Below are positions 1-9,853 of a stretch of 64,000 nt of DNA, in pieces (the stretch's first letter is position 1; every line of letters starts with the position of its first letter). Source of the stretch: a virus (Duplodnaviria; Caudoviricetes). A model generated the notes under the pieces. That model saw nothing but the letters and a program-made list of their open reading frames with translations. It was not told the DNA's origin and made no database searches. The stretch spans positions 384,001 to 448,000 of IMG/VR virus record IMGVR_UViG_3300037247_001786; one strand, 5' to 3'. Position numbers and translations under genes: made by a program.

Positions 1-56
1 CAGAGTGTAAATTTTTGATTATTATAGTAGTGGTTAATAATTAAAGGGAAGAGAAC

Positions 57-638
57 ATGGACCTATTTATACAAAATATGGATAAGATAGAAAAGATAGC
101 TGAAAAGATGGTAAATTATTGGCATGGGAAATTTGAAGTCGAAGAATTGATAGATACTGCTTATATTAAGTATCGTACAGCTATCGAGAATAATCCCTCA
201 TTAGTGGATAGTGTTTTTTCTAATCTAACAACTTTTTTATGGCGTGTAAAAAATGATATGAAGGATTATATAAAAAAACAAACTGGGATAAGAACAAAAG
301 AAAAGAAAAAAATGCTTGCTAACACTATTACTCATTCTTTTCAACGTCCAGATGACGATAACGGCAATCACGGTTGCATATCTTTCTTTGAACCTCAAAG
401 TATTGACAAAGGTCAGGAAAGTGTGGACAATTGTGAACTTCTTAATGAAATTTTTAAAAAAGTAGAATTAACTGATAGAGAGTGGAAAGTTATACAGGGC
501 TATTTTTGGGAAGGAAAAACAACTAAAGAAGTGGGTATAGAACTTGGGTCTGCCGATAAAAATGCTTCTGGAACAACTTGTAATATAAAAAATAAGATAG
601 TAAAAAAACTTCAAAAACAAGCGTTATTATTGGTGTAA
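57..638 (+). CDS. RNA polymerase sigma-70 family factor (group 3/ECF-like)
   Basis: Region-2-like EELIDTAYIKY...FLWRVKNDMKDYIKK; region-4 HTH LTDREWKVIQGYFWEGKTTKEVGIELG. Confidence 0.75.
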   Translation: MDLFIQNMDKIEKIAEKMVNYWHGKFEVEELIDTAYIKYRTAIENNPSLVDSVFSNLTTFLWRVKNDMKDYIKKQTGIRTKEKKKMLANTITHSFQRPDDDNGNHGCISFFEPQSIDKGQESVDNCELLNEIFKKVELTDREWKVIQGYFWEGKTTKEVGIELGSADKNASGTTCNIKNKIVKKLQKQALLLV

Positions 639-640
639 AT

Positions 641-1204
641 ATGGATTTCTTTTTTGAACATTTAAAAGGCATACAACAGATGGCTCGTAAGATTTGCAGG
701 TCTTATCATGGCAAGTACGAGGTAGATGAATTGATAAATGTAGCCTGGATGGATTATCAAGTAATGATAGAAAAGTATCCTTTTTGGACAAGGAGTTACC
801 GTTATCCCGAATTAATTCTTTATAAAAGAGTCAGATATGATATGTTAAATTATATCAGATATGATCTAAAATTAAAGAAAAAAAAGATATTAGAGAAAAA
901 TGGTTCTCACGTTCCACTGTTTATTAGTTATAATGCAGAGGATAAAGATGGGGAAAAGTTATCTTCTTTCACAGGTTCGTATTCTGATAAAGGTTTTGAC
1001 AAAGTCGATAATCTTGAGTTATTAGAATATCTTAGAACTCGCATGGGATTAACTGATAGAGAGTGGAAGATACTTAAATATTATTTTTATAATGGGTACA
1101 CAGACAGATTAATTGCCGAAAAAATAAATATATCAAAATCAAGGGTATCGCAGTTAAGAAATCAAGCTCTCAAAAAATGTAAGGAACACTTAATAGGAGT
1201 ATAA
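641..1204 (+). CDS. RNA polymerase sigma-70 family factor (SigF/FliA-like region 4), paralogue of 57-638
   Basis: DELINVAWMDY...YKRVRYDMLNYIR; LTDREWKILKYYFYNGYTDRLIAEKINISKSRVSQLRNQALKK is a classic sigma-4 HTH. Confidence 0.85.
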   Translation: MDFFFEHLKGIQQMARKICRSYHGKYEVDELINVAWMDYQVMIEKYPFWTRSYRYPELILYKRVRYDMLNYIRYDLKLKKKKILEKNGSHVPLFISYNAEDKDGEKLSSFTGSYSDKGFDKVDNLELLEYLRTRMGLTDREWKILKYYFYNGYTDRLIAEKINISKSRVSQLRNQALKKCKEHLIGV

Positions 1205-1417
1205 GAAATGCAGATGAAGAAAGTAACATTAACTGAAGAATATGTTCAGGGTATTTTGCATCCTTACATACATTCGGATATGGGGGATGGGGACATCTTT
1301 GCTTTTACGAGAAAGATTCAAAATGATGCAATACGTCAGGAGACTAAATTGGAAAATCTGACAGAAATATATTTTATGTTAATAGAATATAGAGATAGTT
1401 TAAAGAAATAAATATAA

Positions 1418-1489
1418 GCTCTCATCGTCTAGTGGTCAGGATTGCTGGTTCTCAGCCAGTTGACGAGGGTTCGATCCCCTCTGAGAGTA
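1418..1489 (+). tRNA. tRNA-Glu (CTC)
   Basis: Acceptor GCTCTCA/TGAGAGT, anticodon arm GCTGG-ttCTCag-CCAGT, T arm GAGGG-TTCGATC-CCCTC; no encoded CCA. Confidence 0.93.
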
Positions 1490-1614
1490 TTTTGTACCAT
1501 TAATATCGATAACTTGTGGTATAAGAGACAACGCTACTTCCGGGTGACGGTAGTGAGACTAGTTACTAAATATAAGGTATCAGGTTGGGGTAAAAGCCCC
1601 AAGACATCCACCAA

Positions 1615-1689
1615 GCATCCGTAGTCTAGTCCGGATAGGCATTCGCCTTCTAAGCGAAATACACGCGGGTTCGAATCCTGCCGGGTGCG
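1615..1689 (+). tRNA. tRNA-Arg (TCT)
   Basis: Acceptor GCATCCG/CGGGTGC, anticodon arm TTCGC-ctTCTaa-GCGAA, T arm GCGGG-TTCGAAT-CCTGC. Confidence 0.93.
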
Positions 1690-1695
1690 TTTAAT

Positions 1696-1775
1696 GTCCC
1701 AGAAGCTTAATCTGGATAAGCACTGGTTTCCTAAACCAGAGTTAGAAAGTGTAGGTTCGAATCCTATCTGGGATA
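1696..1775 (+). tRNA. tRNA-Arg (CCT), extended variable region
   Basis: Acceptor GTCCCAG/CTGGGAT, D arm GCTT...AAGC, anticodon arm CTGGT-ttCCTaa-ACCAG, 11-nt variable region, T arm GTAGG-TTCGAAT-CCTAT. Confidence 0.88.
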
Positions 1776-1795
1776 TAAGGATATACTCATGATCT

Positions 1796-1869
1796 GTCCC
1801 CGTAGTCTAATTGGAGAGGCACTTCGCTACGAACGAAGATATATGCGAGTTCGAGTCTTGCCGGGGATG
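1796..1869 (+). tRNA. tRNA-Arg (ACG)
   Basis: Acceptor GTCCCCG/CGGGGAT, anticodon arm CTTCG-ctACGaa-CGAAG, T arm GCGAG-TTCGAGT-CTTGC. Confidence 0.92.
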
Positions 1870-1872
1870 TTA

Positions 1873-1903
1873 AAGAGAGAGGCACTATGTCTCTCTTTTT
1901 TTT
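1873..1903 (+). terminator. Intrinsic terminator after tRNA cluster
   Basis: Purine arm aagagagaggc, loop actat, arm gtctctctt, then T-run. Confidence 0.75.
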
Positions 1904-1950
1904 CGCGAAAAATAATTGCCAGAGTGTGAAAAAATAGGATTTATGATATT

Positions 1951-2229
1951 ATGAAAAAGATATTAAGTAAAGTAGAATTGAAATTTGGTAGCGACTCTAT
2001 CATAGATGGGAACCATCTATCTATAGATATCAACTTATTCGAAATTACATTAACTGACGATTCTATAGTATATAACGTTGGAATAAATTTTCTTAGTAGT
2101 CAAACTATTAAGAGTTTGTTAAAATTAGAAGATTATAGTTGTACAGATATGAAAGAAGCATTTAAGAGATTCCGACAACTACATACTTCTTTAAAAGTAC
2201 TATTCGAAAATATGGAGATAGAAAGGTAG
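1951..2229 (+). CDS. Hypothetical protein (cassette gene)
   Basis: ATG directly after element copy 1916. Confidence 0.55.
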   Translation: MKKILSKVELKFGSDSIIDGNHLSIDINLFEITLTDDSIVYNVGINFLSSQTIKSLLKLEDYSCTDMKEAFKRFRQLHTSLKVLFENMEIER

Positions 2230-2977
2230 AATAATGTATTTATGTAAAATATCAAAAAGAGAAGTATGTAGGAATGGTAATTGCAAGGACACGGTAGTAC
2301 ATGAGCTTGTGTCTTGTAGTAGCTCTCTTCTTCCAGGAAATGCAAAAAAGTGGGTTAAGAAACATTTCTCATCAGCATATAAGAACCATGTAATGAGTAC
2401 TTTCCATGCGGTTCCTGGATTTAAAGCATTGAATATATCTAACGATGATGGTAGTCCTCATAATACATATAATGGGAGAGCTACTATGTTTGATGAGTAT
2501 GGTCGTCCAGTATATATAATTGCTATTGATGTATATGCAGTTGAAGTAGTCAATTAATTTATAACGGGAAATATTATGAATGAACAAGATGATCTAGTAT
2601 TAGAAGAGATGTTAACATGAAAGTCTTTATTACAAGAGATGAAGATAGCGACGAAATATGGTTGTGGCTTAAGCCCCGCAAGGGTTCATTTAAACCAGTA
2701 ACTCTCGAAGGTTGTGATATGATCAATTTTCAACGAAGAGACAATATGAATGAAATAGATAAGTATTGTGGCTATACTAAATCTGATTTTAAAAAGAAAT
2801 TTGGAGTTCCTCTTATTAATAAGAAAACTTGCAAAAGTATCGACTTGCCAGATGATTTAGTTCTAGACAATAAATTAACATTAAGTCCTCTGATTTTTGA
2901 CTAATTTGCCAGAGTGTGATTTTTTTGATATTATGATATTGTTGAAACGAATATTATTATTATAAAAGGAATTAAGC

Positions 2978-4756
2978 ATGACAAGTCAAACAACGCAAAA
3001 ACGTCAACTCAAAATGGACCCTAACCTATTATTAGATGTTATAGGTCGGCAAGCTGGCACCCTTGATAAAGCTGTATTAGAGGGTGGGATGAACGGTATA
3101 GAGGCTATAAATGCAGTTATACAAGATAAGGGAAGTTGCGAAGATGAGGGTATCTACATTACCTTTAAAAAGGGTAGGAAAGATGTTCTTACTATACAAG
3201 ATTATGGTAAGGGTATAACTACTAAAAAAGAGATAGAAGAATTCTTTGAAACCTTTGGCACCCCTCACGCGGAAAACGAACATAAAATCTATGCTCAATT
3301 TAGAATGGGTAGAGGTCAAATGTTCAATTTCGGTCGTAATGTATGGCGTACAGGCACCTTCAAGTTAATCGTCGATATTATGCGTAATGGCTTGGAATGG
3401 GAATTAGAAGAAAACCTACCCTTTGTATCTGGTTGTCATATCGAGATAGAATTGTATGACAAGTATAAGAATAGCTGGCCCGCAAATACGGTCGATTGCC
3501 TCAAAGATGCAGTCAAGAAACAGATGGAATTTGTTTCCTCTCCTGTATACTTTAATGGGGAACAGATTAGTACCCCACCTAAAGATTTGACATGGGACGA
3601 AGAAGATGATTTCGCTTATTACAGTTTTGGCGTAGGGGATAGTCTAAAGATTTATAATCTTGGAGTCTATGTTAGAGATAACCACAGAACGAGTGGTATC
3701 ATCGTAAGTAAGCAACAGTTGAGAGTTAATTTTCCGCGTAATGACGTTATGGCTGATTGCGTAATATGGTATCATATCGAAAAAGTAGTAAAGAAAAATG
3801 TTGTTAATAGGTCGAAGAAAAAATATATCGCACTAACGAAACATGAACGTAGGGCGATACTGAAAGATATTAGAAATGGAATACAGGAGTATCAAGATGT
3901 AAAAACTTCTCGTATTTTGCAAACTGCCCAAAACAAATATATCAGTTTTAGTATGTTCTTAAAGAATAATCAGCCTTGGACTTTCGCTCATATAGGTAGT
4001 AGACAAGCCGATACCCTAATAGAGCAAGGTAGTCATGTTGTCTTTGCTAAAGAAATGATAGAGGCACTGAATTATTCTGGCGAAGAAAAAGATTTCTTTA
4101 GTTGGTTAATAAAGACCTTATTAGATGGCAATGAGAAATATGGAGAACAAAGCTGGCAACAGTATAATGATTATCCTCTCCAGTATGACTACAAAAAGAT
4201 ATTGGCAAAAGAAAAATTCTATGATAACTTCTGTCATGCTGTATCAAATATGTCAAGTAGTTGTATTACTCTCGCTCAAAACAAGCTAACAAAAGTAGAG
4301 AAAAGGGTTATACAGTCATTGACATACTATAGTTGTTGGGATGCAAGGGTTTTGCGTATGGGAGTATCTGACTCCGCTTCTGCTTGGACAGATGGACACT
4401 CTCATATAACTCTTGATAGAAAGTTTCTAAAGAGACTAAATCTAACGGTAGATAGCGATATTGTTCAACTGTTTACCGTATTAGTCCATGAATTAGCCCA
4501 CAACGACGATACCTCTAATACAGATATTCATGGAGAGGATTTCTATGAATCTTTTCACGCAATTTGTCTTAAAAACTGTTGGGGAAACCCTCTCAATAAT
4601 ATCTTGAAATTCAAGAAGTCTATGGATAGTTTGATGTCAGCAGAACGTAGAGATAAAAGGAAGAAACAAGAGGAAGATAATCTACAAAAGCAAGCTGAAA
4701 AGTTGGGCTTAACAAAAAAGACCAACATACACGATAAAGTCGCAGCCGTAGTATAA
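2978..4756 (+). CDS. GHKL (HSP90/MutL-like) ATPase with C-terminal HExxH zincin motif
   Basis: LEGGMNGIEA (Bergerat N-box-like), TIQDYGKGI (G1 box), QFRMGRGQ (G2-like); C-terminal VLVHELAH...HGEDFY. Confidence 0.75.
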   Translation: MTSQTTQKRQLKMDPNLLLDVIGRQAGTLDKAVLEGGMNGIEAINAVIQDKGSCEDEGIYITFKKGRKDVLTIQDYGKGITTKKEIEEFFETFGTPHAENEHKIYAQFRMGRGQMFNFGRNVWRTGTFKLIVDIMRNGLEWELEENLPFVSGCHIEIELYDKYKNSWPANTVDCLKDAVKKQMEFVSSPVYFNGEQISTPPKDLTWDEEDDFAYYSFGVGDSLKIYNLGVYVRDNHRTSGIIVSKQQLRVNFPRNDVMADCVIWYHIEKVVKKNVVNRSKKKYIALTKHERRAILKDIRNGIQEYQDVKTSRILQTAQNKYISFSMFLKNNQPWTFAHIGSRQADTLIEQGSHVVFAKEMIEALNYSGEEKDFFSWLIKTLLDGNEKYGEQSWQQYNDYPLQYDYKKILAKEKFYDNFCHAVSNMSSSCITLAQNKLTKVEKRVIQSLTYYSCWDARVLRMGVSDSASAWTDGHSHITLDRKFLKRLNLTVDSDIVQLFTVLVHELAHNDDTSNTDIHGEDFYESFHAICLKNCWGNPLNNILKFKKSMDSLMSAERRDKRKKQEEDNLQKQAEKLGLTKKTNIHDKVAAVV

Positions 4757-4767
4757 AAATTTTATAC

Positions 4768-4795
4768 TTGCAAGTGATTTATTATCTGTTATAAT
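4768..4795 (+). promoter_or_regulatory. Sigma70-like promoter (class II)
   Basis: TTGCAA-N16-TATAAT, with GTGATTT following the -35; sits directly upstream of element copy 4796. Confidence 0.55.
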
Positions 4796-4862
4796 TTGCC
4801 AGAGTGTAGAAAATCTAAATTTATAGTATTGTAAAATAAAGTTTAATTAAAAGGATATAGCC

Positions 4863-5165
4863 ATGTTTTCAATTTTAGCGTTTGTGCCATTTGTGCCAAC
4901 TCCATTAAGTTTTATATCGTTTCTCGTATTTGTTGCGGTAGTCATATTTTTTGTCTACCCGAAAATCAAAAACAGTAGAAAGTTAGATGACCTTACTAAA
5001 GATATTTCGTCAGATGGGTCACAAGACAAGAGTACTACTGATAGTATCATAACTGGTATCAGTAATGGAGTTGATAAGCTGAAACAGAGACAAAAGGATG
5101 TCGCCGAAACAATTAAAGACGCAAAGAAAGAGGGCGACAAGATTAAAGATGTCCTTAAAAAATAA
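4863..5165 (+). CDS. Small membrane-anchored protein
   Basis: Hydrophobic N-terminus (LSFISFLVFVAVVIFFVY), charged tail. Confidence 0.6.
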   Translation: MFSILAFVPFVPTPLSFISFLVFVAVVIFFVYPKIKNSRKLDDLTKDISSDGSQDKSTTDSIITGISNGVDKLKQRQKDVAETIKDAKKEGDKIKDVLKK

Positions 5166-5297
5166 TAACTATAACCGTAACTATAAATAAAAGGAGTAAT
5201 TGCCTATGAAGTAAAAAGTGGATTTATATTTTGTAGTATTGAAGTAAAATGTATGTAGTTTAAACAAATAAAAATTTTAAAGTAAAAGGAAAAAGTC

Positions 5298-6680
5298 ATG
5301 AACACTAAATTAACACTAACACTTATTGCAGTAGTTGTTATTATCGGTATTTTAGCATCGTTTTCAAGCGGTCTTGTCGGTAAGAACGAAGCTACCAACT
5401 GGCAGATCAAGCAGTCTATTGGCGGTAAAGTAACAATTCAGGATAAACCTGGGTATTATGTCAAGGCATTCGCTACTGTAACCACTTATCCTCGTTATGT
5501 CTCACAGCGTTGGAATGATGTGGTTGGCGATGGCGTCAATAATATCGAATCTATTCGCACCACTTTTAATGATGGCGGCACTGCTCAGATTTCGACTGAT
5601 ATTAGGTTCGCAACACCGAGTAACGAAGAAACTCGTAAAGTTTTCCATCAACAGTTTGGCGGAAATATCGAGAATGCTGTTATCGCTGTTAAGTCTCACT
5701 TGACAAACTGTATCAAAGCAAGTGGACCACTTATGTCGGCATCAGAGAATCAAGCGGCTCGTAAGGCTGAATTTACTCAGCTTGTTGAAAACCAGACAGC
5801 AGAAGGCTTGTATGGTATGGAACGTATCGAAAAGTATATCGAACTTCCTCAATCAGCCGATCAGATCGAAGCTGGCATACCACCTCGCACCGAAGCAGTT
5901 ACAGCAACAAGATTGATTTTTGACAACAACGGAATGCCAGTAGTTGCTAAAGTTTCTCCTTTGAAGACTTATGGTATCACAATTCTCCAGTTCTCAATTA
6001 CAAGTACCGTCTATGACGACGAGACTTTGGAACAGTTTGCTGCTAAGAAAGAATCTTTCCTCGCTGCCGAGAAGTCAAAGGCTGATAAGATTAAGTTTGC
6101 TCAAGCCGAAATGTCAACTGTTGCCGAGTATGCTCAAAAGATTGCCGTCGAAAAAGGTTTGGCTGATATGGAAAAGATGAAGCAGACTACTGACGCCGCG
6201 AGAGACAAAGAACTTGCCGAGATCGACGCTGCTAAAAAAGTAGCTGTTGCAGAATTTGCAAAGACCGAAGCCGAGACAGTTGCTAATATGGCATTGGCTG
6301 TTGCGGCTATCAAAAAAGAAGAGGCTTTAACTGTCGCTAATATGGGTCTTGAAGTAGCCACTATCGACGCTGACGCTGCGGAACAGAAAAAGATTGCTGT
6401 TATCGCCGAAGCCGAAGGTAAGGAAAAGGCTATTGAACTTTCTGGAGCAATTACCGAGAGAGAAGAAGTATTGGCAAGAATCCTCGCCGATAAGGATGTT
6501 CAAGTCGCATTGGCTTTGAAAGACATCAAGGCTCCATCTTTCGTTGTAACTGGCGGAAGCGGTAACGGCGGAGGTTTGCAAGGCACGATGGTTGGCATTG
6601 CTATTATGAAGGCTGCAGGAGTACTTCCAGCAAACTTTAGCATTGACAATCCGATGACATCTGTTCCAGTAGTAAAGTAA
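5298..6680 (+). CDS. SPFH / band-7 / flotillin-like membrane protein
   Basis: N-terminal TM helix, SPFH-like core (TFNDGGTAQIS...FSITSTVYD), long Ala/Glu/Lys coiled-coil flotillin-like tail. Confidence 0.8.
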   Translation: MNTKLTLTLIAVVVIIGILASFSSGLVGKNEATNWQIKQSIGGKVTIQDKPGYYVKAFATVTTYPRYVSQRWNDVVGDGVNNIESIRTTFNDGGTAQISTDIRFATPSNEETRKVFHQQFGGNIENAVIAVKSHLTNCIKASGPLMSASENQAARKAEFTQLVENQTAEGLYGMERIEKYIELPQSADQIEAGIPPRTEAVTATRLIFDNNGMPVVAKVSPLKTYGITILQFSITSTVYDDETLEQFAAKKESFLAAEKSKADKIKFAQAEMSTVAEYAQKIAVEKGLADMEKMKQTTDAARDKELAEIDAAKKVAVAEFAKTEAETVANMALAVAAIKKEEALTVANMGLEVATIDADAAEQKKIAVIAEAEGKEKAIELSGAITEREEVLARILADKDVQVALALKDIKAPSFVVTGGSGNGGGLQGTMVGIAIMKAAGVLPANFSIDNPMTSVPVVK

Positions 6681-6702
6681 TAATTATTACTTCATAGAAA
6701 AA

Positions 6703-6744
6703 GACCCCAATAGGTTATCCACTTTTCCTATTGGGGTTTTTCTT
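6703..6744 (+). terminator. Intrinsic terminator after SPFH gene
   Basis: GACCCCAATAGG...CCTATTGGGGTT stem followed by T-rich run. Confidence 0.8.
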
Positions 6745-6829
6745 TGTCTACAGGATTTGCCAGAGTGGTAAAAAATATAATTTATGGTATTATAAACGAT
6801 AACAAAATTATTTTTTGAGGATAGTTATT

Positions 6830-7654
6830 ATGAAAAAGCCACTTGGAATCATACTCTATAAGGGTAAATCTGTTATAGATGGTAAACTTATTGTAGTTGT
6901 TGCTACAGGTTTTGCCGGTAAATCAAGCAATGAGAAAACTGGAGATATGATTCAAACATGGATTTTAAGACCCGATGTACCTCCTATTATGGCAATCAAA
7001 ACAGGACATGATTTCTCTGTTTGTGGGGATTGTAAACACAAACATATCGGCTCTTGTTATGTCAACGTCGCTCACGGACCCCACAATGTTTTCTATGCCT
7101 ATCAAAACGATAGGTATGTACGGTTCGATATAGACAAGCATTCTAAACTGTTTGAAGGTCGATCAATTAGATTAGGCTCATACGGTGACCCCGCAGCAGT
7201 ACCCACTCATATATGGGAAACGGTTTGCGGTCTTACAATCGCACACACGGGTTACACGCACCAATGGAATACAAGGTTTGTAAAACCCGAATTAAAGAAT
7301 TTCTGTATGGCAAGTTGCGACAATGAAAAAGAGCAAGTAAAAGCCAAAAGTTTAGGTTGGCGTACTTTTAGAGTTAGAACAGATGTAGACCAGCCTTTAC
7401 TTGAAAACGAATTTGTATGTCCTGCAAGTATGGAATATGGACAGAAAACCTCTTGTATCAAATGCAAGGCTTGTATGGGTTTAGGAGCTAACACCAAAAA
7501 AGACCCTGTTATAGTTGTTCACGGATTAGATCATAAGATAAAGAAGTTCAACAAAGGCATGAAACTTATAGCATGGAAAGAAAAATATAGAAAAGAGTTT
7601 GATTATCCGCTTAAAAAGAAAAAAAAGCGGAAAAGAGTAATTGCCAGAGTGTAA
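6830..7654 (+). CDS. Cys-rich phage-type protein of unknown function
   Basis: SNEKTGDMIQTWIL, CGDC, IRLGSYGDPAAVP, HTGYTHQW, CPAS...C..C..C motifs; C-terminus (IARV*) is encoded by element copy 7641. Start set at the ATG after the leader. Confidence 0.65.
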   Translation: MKKPLGIILYKGKSVIDGKLIVVVATGFAGKSSNEKTGDMIQTWILRPDVPPIMAIKTGHDFSVCGDCKHKHIGSCYVNVAHGPHNVFYAYQNDRYVRFDIDKHSKLFEGRSIRLGSYGDPAAVPTHIWETVCGLTIAHTGYTHQWNTRFVKPELKNFCMASCDNEKEQVKAKSLGWRTFRVRTDVDQPLLENEFVCPASMEYGQKTSCIKCKACMGLGANTKKDPVIVVHGLDHKIKKFNKGMKLIAWKEKYRKEFDYPLKKKKKRKRVIARV

Positions 7655-7704
7655 AAAATATAAATTTATATAGTTGTTAATGATAATTTATAAGGAAAGA
7701 TATT

Positions 7705-8196
7705 ATGCATAGCTTTATTGGTATTATTACCTATGGACAGAACATAGGAGAAGCAAGAGACAAGGCAAAGAAACTATCAGACGCTATGATAGGTGAAGTA
7801 GCATACCCTTTTGACTATGGTGGGACTAGTGGCGAAACAATGTTGTTCTCTTCTCAAAAAGGAGTTAAACTTGTCGGTCAAGCTATGGAAGCGACAAAGA
7901 AACATTTCCTATATGCTATAAATATGGTGAGAGAACATCTTGAAAAATTCACAAATGAAGATATAGCCAAGAGTGAAAATATAGTATATGACGAAAAAGA
8001 TACTACATATAATACTGGTATGGCTAGACATTGGATGTTTAAAGCTGGACAGTATAAAGGAGGAGAAATCTGCTTATACGATAACGACGGAGAAGGTATT
8101 AGAACTCCAGAACATTTAGACAGAGTCTTGAAGCAATGGGATAAGCCGGTATCTGGAGAAAAGATATATGTCACTCCATTTAATATGCATTTCTAA
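7705..8196 (+). CDS. Hypothetical protein (cassette gene)
   Basis: SD + ATG after element 7641; stop 1 nt before element 8198. Confidence 0.6.
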   Translation: MHSFIGIITYGQNIGEARDKAKKLSDAMIGEVAYPFDYGGTSGETMLFSSQKGVKLVGQAMEATKKHFLYAINMVREHLEKFTNEDIAKSENIVYDEKDTTYNTGMARHWMFKAGQYKGGEICLYDNDGEGIRTPEHLDRVLKQWDKPVSGEKIYVTPFNMHF

Positions 8197-8612
8197 TTTG
8201 CCAGAGTGACAAAAATATAAACTTATAGAAGTGTTAATACTAACACTGAATAGGAGTTGTAAAATGCCATTGGGTAAAGTAATATATTTTCAGAAAAATC
8301 TTGATACGGAAGTAAAAGTCGCTATCATTATTAAAGAGGAATATGATCATGAGGGGGTATGGGGTCATATCGCTTGCGAACTTGATCATAGTCCAGATGA
8401 GGAAGAGATTAGAGTAGCAAGTGTTGACAGGAATGTTATTATTCCTTTTCCGAAAAATGAGGAAATAGATAAAAATCTAAAATACTATAAAGAAGCTAAA
8501 CATTTTCTTGATAGATTGGTGGATTTTGACACTATGTCAAAGGACGAGATAATAGCTGTATGCGATATGACAGCGATAATTGCAAGACAAGAACTTTAAT
8601 GGAGATAGAATT

Positions 8613-9002
8613 ATGAGTTATGAAACGAGTGCTAGTTACGCTGACACGGTAGAAATCGATTTTGTTAAGGCTCAATGTCCTGAAGAGTGGGAAAAATTTA
8701 ATCTTGCTTTGTTAGCTGGGGAAATTGATTTTGATGCTTTTTGTCAATGCACTTCTATTGAGGATGAATTAGATGCAGATGAGCCAGAAGCCAAAGCGAT
8801 TGATGAAGCATATGAAGCTCTTCAAGATGCTTTTAGGATAAAAGTGGCTCTTACTCTTAATATAGTCTATAACGAAAAAGACGACAGAGGTGATGAATTA
8901 GAGGGAGGCTCCTTTGCCGTCGATGGGGTTTGGGTTCTTTCCGAGGGTGGAAGAAATCATAAAGATAGTATTGAAAGACTATTTTGGACTAATGGCGGAT
9001 AA
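8613..9002 (+). CDS. Acidic hypothetical protein
   Basis: GGAG SD then ATG 8613; D/E-rich (IEDELDADEPEAKAIDEAYE). Confidence 0.6.
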   Translation: MSYETSASYADTVEIDFVKAQCPEEWEKFNLALLAGEIDFDAFCQCTSIEDELDADEPEAKAIDEAYEALQDAFRIKVALTLNIVYNEKDDRGDELEGGSFAVDGVWVLSEGGRNHKDSIERLFWTNGG

Positions 9003-9853
9003 TATGATATATCATATAAAACAATATGGTAGGATAACTGTTACTCATATAGATAGGGAGATGATCTCAGAAGAAGATATAAAAGAGATTACTCTTAAAC
9101 TAGTAAAAAAAGCTAAAGAAGCTATTAAAAAGAGTAAAATGGTTAGTGGTGCTTTTGATGTAGAAGTATGTCAAACTAACGGAGAAGTAGTTGATAGTTT
9201 TTTAAGCGGAACTTACTAATTTGCCAGAGTGGTAAAAAAAGAAAGTTATAGTAATATGAAAGCATACGATAAAAAAGAAAAGTTTCCCGAACATTGGAAG
9301 AGCGTAAGAATATTAGGAGAGATGTGTGTTGATATTGCTACTCATAGTATTTTAGGGGTAGAGTATAAATCCGATAAGAGGGCTGGTAGATATGGTTTAA
9401 GACTATCAGATAAAGATATTTTCGAGTTCTATAATCCTCATAATGACGGAGTTATGAGTCATGGGGGTACAAAGTTGGATGCTGTAATAGGAGCCGAATG
9501 TGTCTATCTAAACCACTTCATCTTTGAAAATGAAAACGAATTGTGGGCATGGGTAGCAGAGTGGGGGGGACTTACTCATTTGCAAGATATACTTGAATTA
9601 GAGGAAAAGAAAACCAAAAACAAAGAGATTCTATTCCATAATATATCCTATACTCTTAAAGATACAGATTTAGATATAGACTTTATGGAAGTAGAACAGA
9701 TTGAATATATGATAGGGCAAGGTTTCAGCGAGGGAGAACTGTCTATGACAGACCCAGATAATCCAGAAGAGACTTTTATGGGTTATTGGAAAATAGATAA
9801 CATTTGCCAGAGTTGTAAAAAAAGTATTTTATAGTAGTACAGGAGATTTTATT

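Noticed and set aside
1442-1624. 60-aa ORF
   Set aside because: Overlaps tRNA-Glu and tRNA-Arg; spurious.
2978-4756. rIIA call for the GHKL protein
   Set aside because: Motifs differ from rIIA (no GxFGxG), it has an HExxH tail, and no rIIB-like neighbour is present.
6715-6723. DnaA-box-like TTATCCACT
   Set aside because: Single 8/9 match in a terminator loop, no cluster.
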